Assembly: GCA_951406725.2 (NCBI GenBank) | Contig: OX597827.1 | Coordinates: 76,756,001 to 76,820,000 of the forward strand | Reading direction: 5' to 3' | Length of the DNA stretch: 64,000 nt | Source of the DNA: Octopus vulgaris | Taxonomy: Eukaryota | In this document: positions 58,822 to 64,000 of the stretch, piece by piece | Position numbering within the stretch: the stretch's first letter is position 1 | Layout: each line of letters starts with the position of its first letter | The notes under the pieces: model-generated | Database searches by the model: none | What the model saw: only the letters and a program-made list of their open reading frames with translations | What the model was told of the DNA's origin: nothing | Program-made: the position numbers and the translations under genes

Positions 58822-60009
58822 ATTGCTGCTGTTGGTGACAGGGTGGAAGAGGGTGAGTGATGGTAGTGGTGGGTACACACATAATGGGTACAGTTTGTTA
58901 CTACAGAAAGCTTTGACAATCTCAATCCCTGCCACATGTGTGCAACCAACCCGTCACCAACAGCAGCAATAGGAGGCGCAATGGCCCAGTGGTTAGGGCA
59001 GCAGACTTGCGGTCAGAGGATCGCGGTTTCGATTCCCGGTAAAATTTCCACTTATTTCTTATTTTTATTTTCCTAAAATTTTCCTTGTGTCTTGCAACCT
59101 TTTCAATAGTCTTGACTCTCTTGACCGAATCCAAAAACGAAATTTGAATAAATAAGCATCACATTTGACAGATTAATGTGAACGCTGAAGGGTTAAACGA
59201 TGGAGATGAAGATGACACACAGTATTAGCATCATTACTAACAACCTCATTTAGTCTCCAACACACAACACTTATTTCTGGACAGTGCCATTTATTTAGCT
59301 TTGCATTGGTCACTCTCGCAGCCTATAGACAGGTAGAAACAGAGTGGACAGTGGAGAAAATACAATACTGTCATATGTCACCTTGGCACCTCTATAATAA
59401 ACCATTGTACTGGAATGTTCCACGAAAGATTTGGGATGTGAATCACACTTGTTCATTCCATAGACTTTCTGGATTTCATAGATACACCATTGTCAGAAAT
59501 GATCGAGGTTAGAAGCCAACTCTAGCCTACCTCACACCATTGTCACCTACCTCAGCTCTGGCAGACACACAGACAGACAGAGAGGGTATCAAAATGATAT
59601 TATGGTGATTGTTGTCCTTCCTGGTTCAGGACAAATCTTCAATGAACAGATCTAAGATGAAAACCTTTTGAGCCATGACAGTCCAATCTTTTTTGTTTCT
59701 TTGTCTCCCACACAGCATATCTCACCATCATCATCATCATCATCATCATCGTTTAACGTCTGCTTTCCATGCTAGCATGGGTTGGACGATTTGACTGAGG
59801 GCTCGCGAACCAGATGGCTGCACCAGGCTTCAATCTCAGACAACATTATTAAAATGTTTCTGTCGCTTTGTTAGAGGGATGGATAAAAGTAGATTATATA
59901 TTCCAGTTTTTTTTACATTGCAAGTTCAACACCTGTCAGTATCAAATTCACAGTTCACCCCTCCAGGGTCATTAGAATAATGAACCAGTATTGAACAGGT
60001 GTTTTATAC

Positions 60010-60943
60010 TGAAGGCAGCGAGCTGGCAGAAGTGTTAAGCACGCGGGGTGAAATGTTTAGTGGTATTTCATCTGTCTTTACATTCTGAGTTCAAATTCTG
60101 CTGAAGTCAACTTTGCCTTTCATCCTTTCGGGTTCGATTAAATAAGTACCAGTTACGCACTGGGGTCGATGTACTCGACTTAATCCGTTTGTCTGTCCTT
60201 GCTTGTCCCCTCTGTGTTTGGCCCCTTGTGGGTAGTAAAGAAATAGATGTTCTATACTGGTACTCTATTTGTACCAGAATAAAACACCAATTTGCTGGCC
60301 TTGTCTCTAAATTAGAAACAATGTTCCAAGTTCAAATCCTGCCAAAATCAACTTTATTTTTCATCCTTCTGAGATGAATAAAATAAAGTACCAGCTGAGT
60401 ACGAGATCTGATGCAATCAACTAAACCCTTTCTCCAAAAAGTAGATAGATTTGTGCCAAAATTTGAAGCAATTCTTATTAAAGACAACAAGCTGGTAGAA
60501 TTGATAGAATATTGACCAAAATGCTTTGCATTATTTCTTGTTCTTTAAACCCTGACCTCAAGACATACTGAGGTTAACTTTGCTTGTCGTGCTTTCAAGA
60601 CCATTAAAAATAAAGAACCAGTCAATTACTGCGGTTTGATGTAATAAACTTGTTCAATCTCCCCATCAAAATTGCTGTCCTTGTTCCAAAATTAGAAAGA
60701 ATTAATATTTCAAATTGAAAGTCAGTGAGCCGGTAAAATGGTTCACCTGCCAGGACAGAATGCTTGACAGCATTTCTTCCGGCTTTGCTTTCGAAGTTGA
60801 AATTCCACCAAGATTGAGACTTTACCTTTTTTATCCTGTTTGGGTGGGGGAAACGGTAAAATAAATACCAGTTTGACACTGGGGCTGATGTAATTGATTT
60901 TCCACTTCCCTCAAAACTGCTAGCTATGTGCCAAAATTAGAAA

Positions 60944-60950
<7 letters not shown>
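60010..60950 (+). mobile_element. Run of family B SINEs, one young and several old (also 3024-3178, 49005-49500, 56180-56400, 61929-62440)
   Basis: Recurrent gagttcaaattc...tttgcctttcatcc...aagtaccag blocks. Confidence 0.65.
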
Positions 60951-60991
<41 letters not shown>

Positions 60992-61006
60992 CAATTATTA
61001 TTATTG

Positions 61007-61126
61007 TCTTTGCACAGCTTCTATCGCTGGAGATGTTCTACGTGTCATACCAGTGAACTTATTATTTTCGAGCACCTTCAGAGTATTTGAGTGGTTCCAA
61101 GCAGTTGTTTTTGCAAGTGCTCCACC
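61007..61126 (-). mobile_element. Second, degenerate R4/Dong-like 3' tip
   Basis: VEHLQKQLLGTTQIL*R resembles QK.ALLGTA.ILRR; embedded between TAA tracts. Confidence 0.5.
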
Positions 61127-61161
61127 CTTATTATTATTATTATTCCAGGTATTCTCAAGAA

Positions 61162-61930
<769 letters not shown>

Positions 61931-62959
61931 GGTGGCGAGCTGGCAGAATTGTTAGCATGTTGGGCAAAATGCTTAGTGGTATTTTGTCTGCTGCTACATT
62001 CTGAGTTCACATTCAACCAAGGTCGACTTTGCCTTTCATCCCTTTGGTGTCTATTAAGTAAGTACGAGTTATGCACTGGGTTCGATGTAATTGACTTAAT
62101 CCCTTTCCTCAAATTTGAAGCCTTGTGCTTCCAGTAGAAAGAATTATTATTATTATTAATATGATGATGATTATTATTATTATTATTAATATGATGATGA
62201 TTATTATTATTATTATTATTAAGGCGGCAAACTGGCAGAATGGTTAGTCTGCTGCACAAAATGCTGTCAAGCATTTTATCTGTCTTTATATTCTGAGTTC
62301 AAATTCCACTGAGGACCACTTTGCCTTTCATCATTTCGAACTCAATAAAATAAGTACCAGTTGCGCATTGGGGTTGATCTAATTGACTTACCCACTTCCC
62401 TGAAACTTGCTGGCCTTGTGTCAAAATTTGAAATCAATATTATAATTATTATTATGATGATGATGATGAGGCGGAGGATGATTTTTTTATATCAAGCAAA
62501 AGCTCCTATTCAATAAATATGACTGTGTACAGTTGATTAGTGAATTTCAGTGTATTACTGGTATTTATTGGATGAAAACAAGAGTGGGATAACAGTTAAA
62601 AGTCTGTGTGACTGAAACTGGATTTGAACCCAAACAAGTGAGATACCTGGTTAGATGTCATACAGCTTATTGTCTGTCCCACCGCCACCGCAACCATTTC
62701 CACGCTCTTCACATGATCTTGATAGGTCAATATGGTGTCATGTCTCCTGTCCCTCTTCAGCAAACCGAGGAATGAACAGCCCCCACCAAACCCTGTTCTC
62801 AATTCACAATTATGGTGTTTGTGATGATGGTGTTGATAATGATGATGATGGCGATTGTCAGAGTGATGGTGGTGGTGGGGTTGTGACGGTGACGGTGATG
62901 TTAGTGATTATCATTGTGATGGCGTTGTAGTATGGTGGTAGTGGTAATAAGATGACGGA

Positions 62960-63195
62960 GGCGGCGAGCTGGCAGAACCGTTAGCACGCCGGACGAAATG
63001 CTTAGCAGTTTTTCGTCTGTCTTAACGTTCTGAGTTCGAATTCCGCCGAGGTCGACTTTGCCTTTCATCCCTTTCGGGGTCGATAAATTAAGTACCAGTT
63101 ACGCACTGGAGTCGATATAATCGACGTAATCCGTTTGTCTGTCCTTGTTTGTCCCCTCTGTGTTTAGCCCCTTGTGGGTAGTAAAGAAAGAAATA
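62960..63195 (+). mobile_element. tRNA-derived SINE family B with Nin/Deu-like central domain
   Basis: Head aggcggcgagctggcagaa...gagttcgaattcc, then gcctttcatcc..ttcggggtcgataaattaagtacc. Confidence 0.85.
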
Positions 63196-63814
63196 AGATG
63201 ACGGACGATGTTGGCGATGATGATGATGACGACGACTATGATGATGGCGAGGATATTCAGTATGGTGGTGATGATGTTGATGATGATGATAAGGAGGAGG
63301 AAACATCGTCAGCATTTTTTATTACTATCTTGAAAAATGCCTCAGTCAATCCAACACACACACACACACGCACACACTGAATAAATTCATAAATTCAAAT
63401 CTACTGAGATCCAGTTTTGAACCCCGATCGACTGCATCGATTTTCTCGCCTGTCTACTGAGCTGTTTCACATTAAACCTATTTGCTTCAGTAATTATTAA
63501 TGTCAGTCAAATAAACTGGCATTAAACCTGACGACAGAAGACCAGCCCTGGAGACAGCTCGGGTGGCAGTCCGGGTGGATGGCAGTGGAAACTTTCGTTG
63601 TCAACTGTTTTAACGAGGGAAAAGACCAAACTTAATAAATATAAATATAGTTTGTATGTATGTGTGTGTGTATATAATATAACACTGTATACACATATCT
63701 ATATATATGTATACGTGTGCGTGAGATAGAGAAATACCGGTGTATTTGATTGTACCTAATTATAAATACATCCGGACATCTTTCTGTATGTGTGTGTCTG
63801 TGTATGTTTGTGTG

Positions 63815-63867
<53 letters not shown>

Positions 63868-64000
63868 ATTTTTCACGCACACCTATACATATATACACAC
63901 CATTGATGTCAGTCTAATATACACACGTAGTATGATGAAGATGTTGCCTTCGAACCTGCTAGAAATAACAGCCAAAGTTCTTCCAACTCATACACTACGT

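Overview
Eukaryotic, AT-rich and extremely microsatellite-dense genomic DNA. Its repeat landscape (tRNA-derived CORE- and Nin/Deu-domain SINEs with internal microsatellites) looks like an octopus or other coleoid cephalopod; this is an inference from repeat families. Nearly all ORFs in the supplied track are translations of simple repeats or SINEs. One convincing host gene is present: a minus-strand C2H2 zinc-finger coding exon (ATG 44444 to stop 43566) behind a strong splice acceptor at 44700, with a possible first exon or promoter near 53 kb. The rest is transposon debris: three SINE families and one RTE-derived repeat, LINE fragments of CR1, RTE, Tx1/L1-like, R4/Dong and HERO-like type, a mariner transposase tail, Tc1/mariner and piggyBac-type MITEs, and a Helitron-like element. 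The most notable signal is about ten minimal type I hammerhead-ribozyme motifs (helix I - CUGANGA - helix II - GAAA - palindromic mini helix III - NUH - helix I). They sit in at least six apparently distinct short repeat families, many next to (TA)n tracts or in fold-back structures. One is paired with a tRNA-like Pol III head, resembling a retrozyme or Schistosoma SM-alpha element. Two lie in the sense orientation of the zinc-finger transcript. Ribozyme activity is not demonstrated, and repeat boundaries were read by eye and are approximate.
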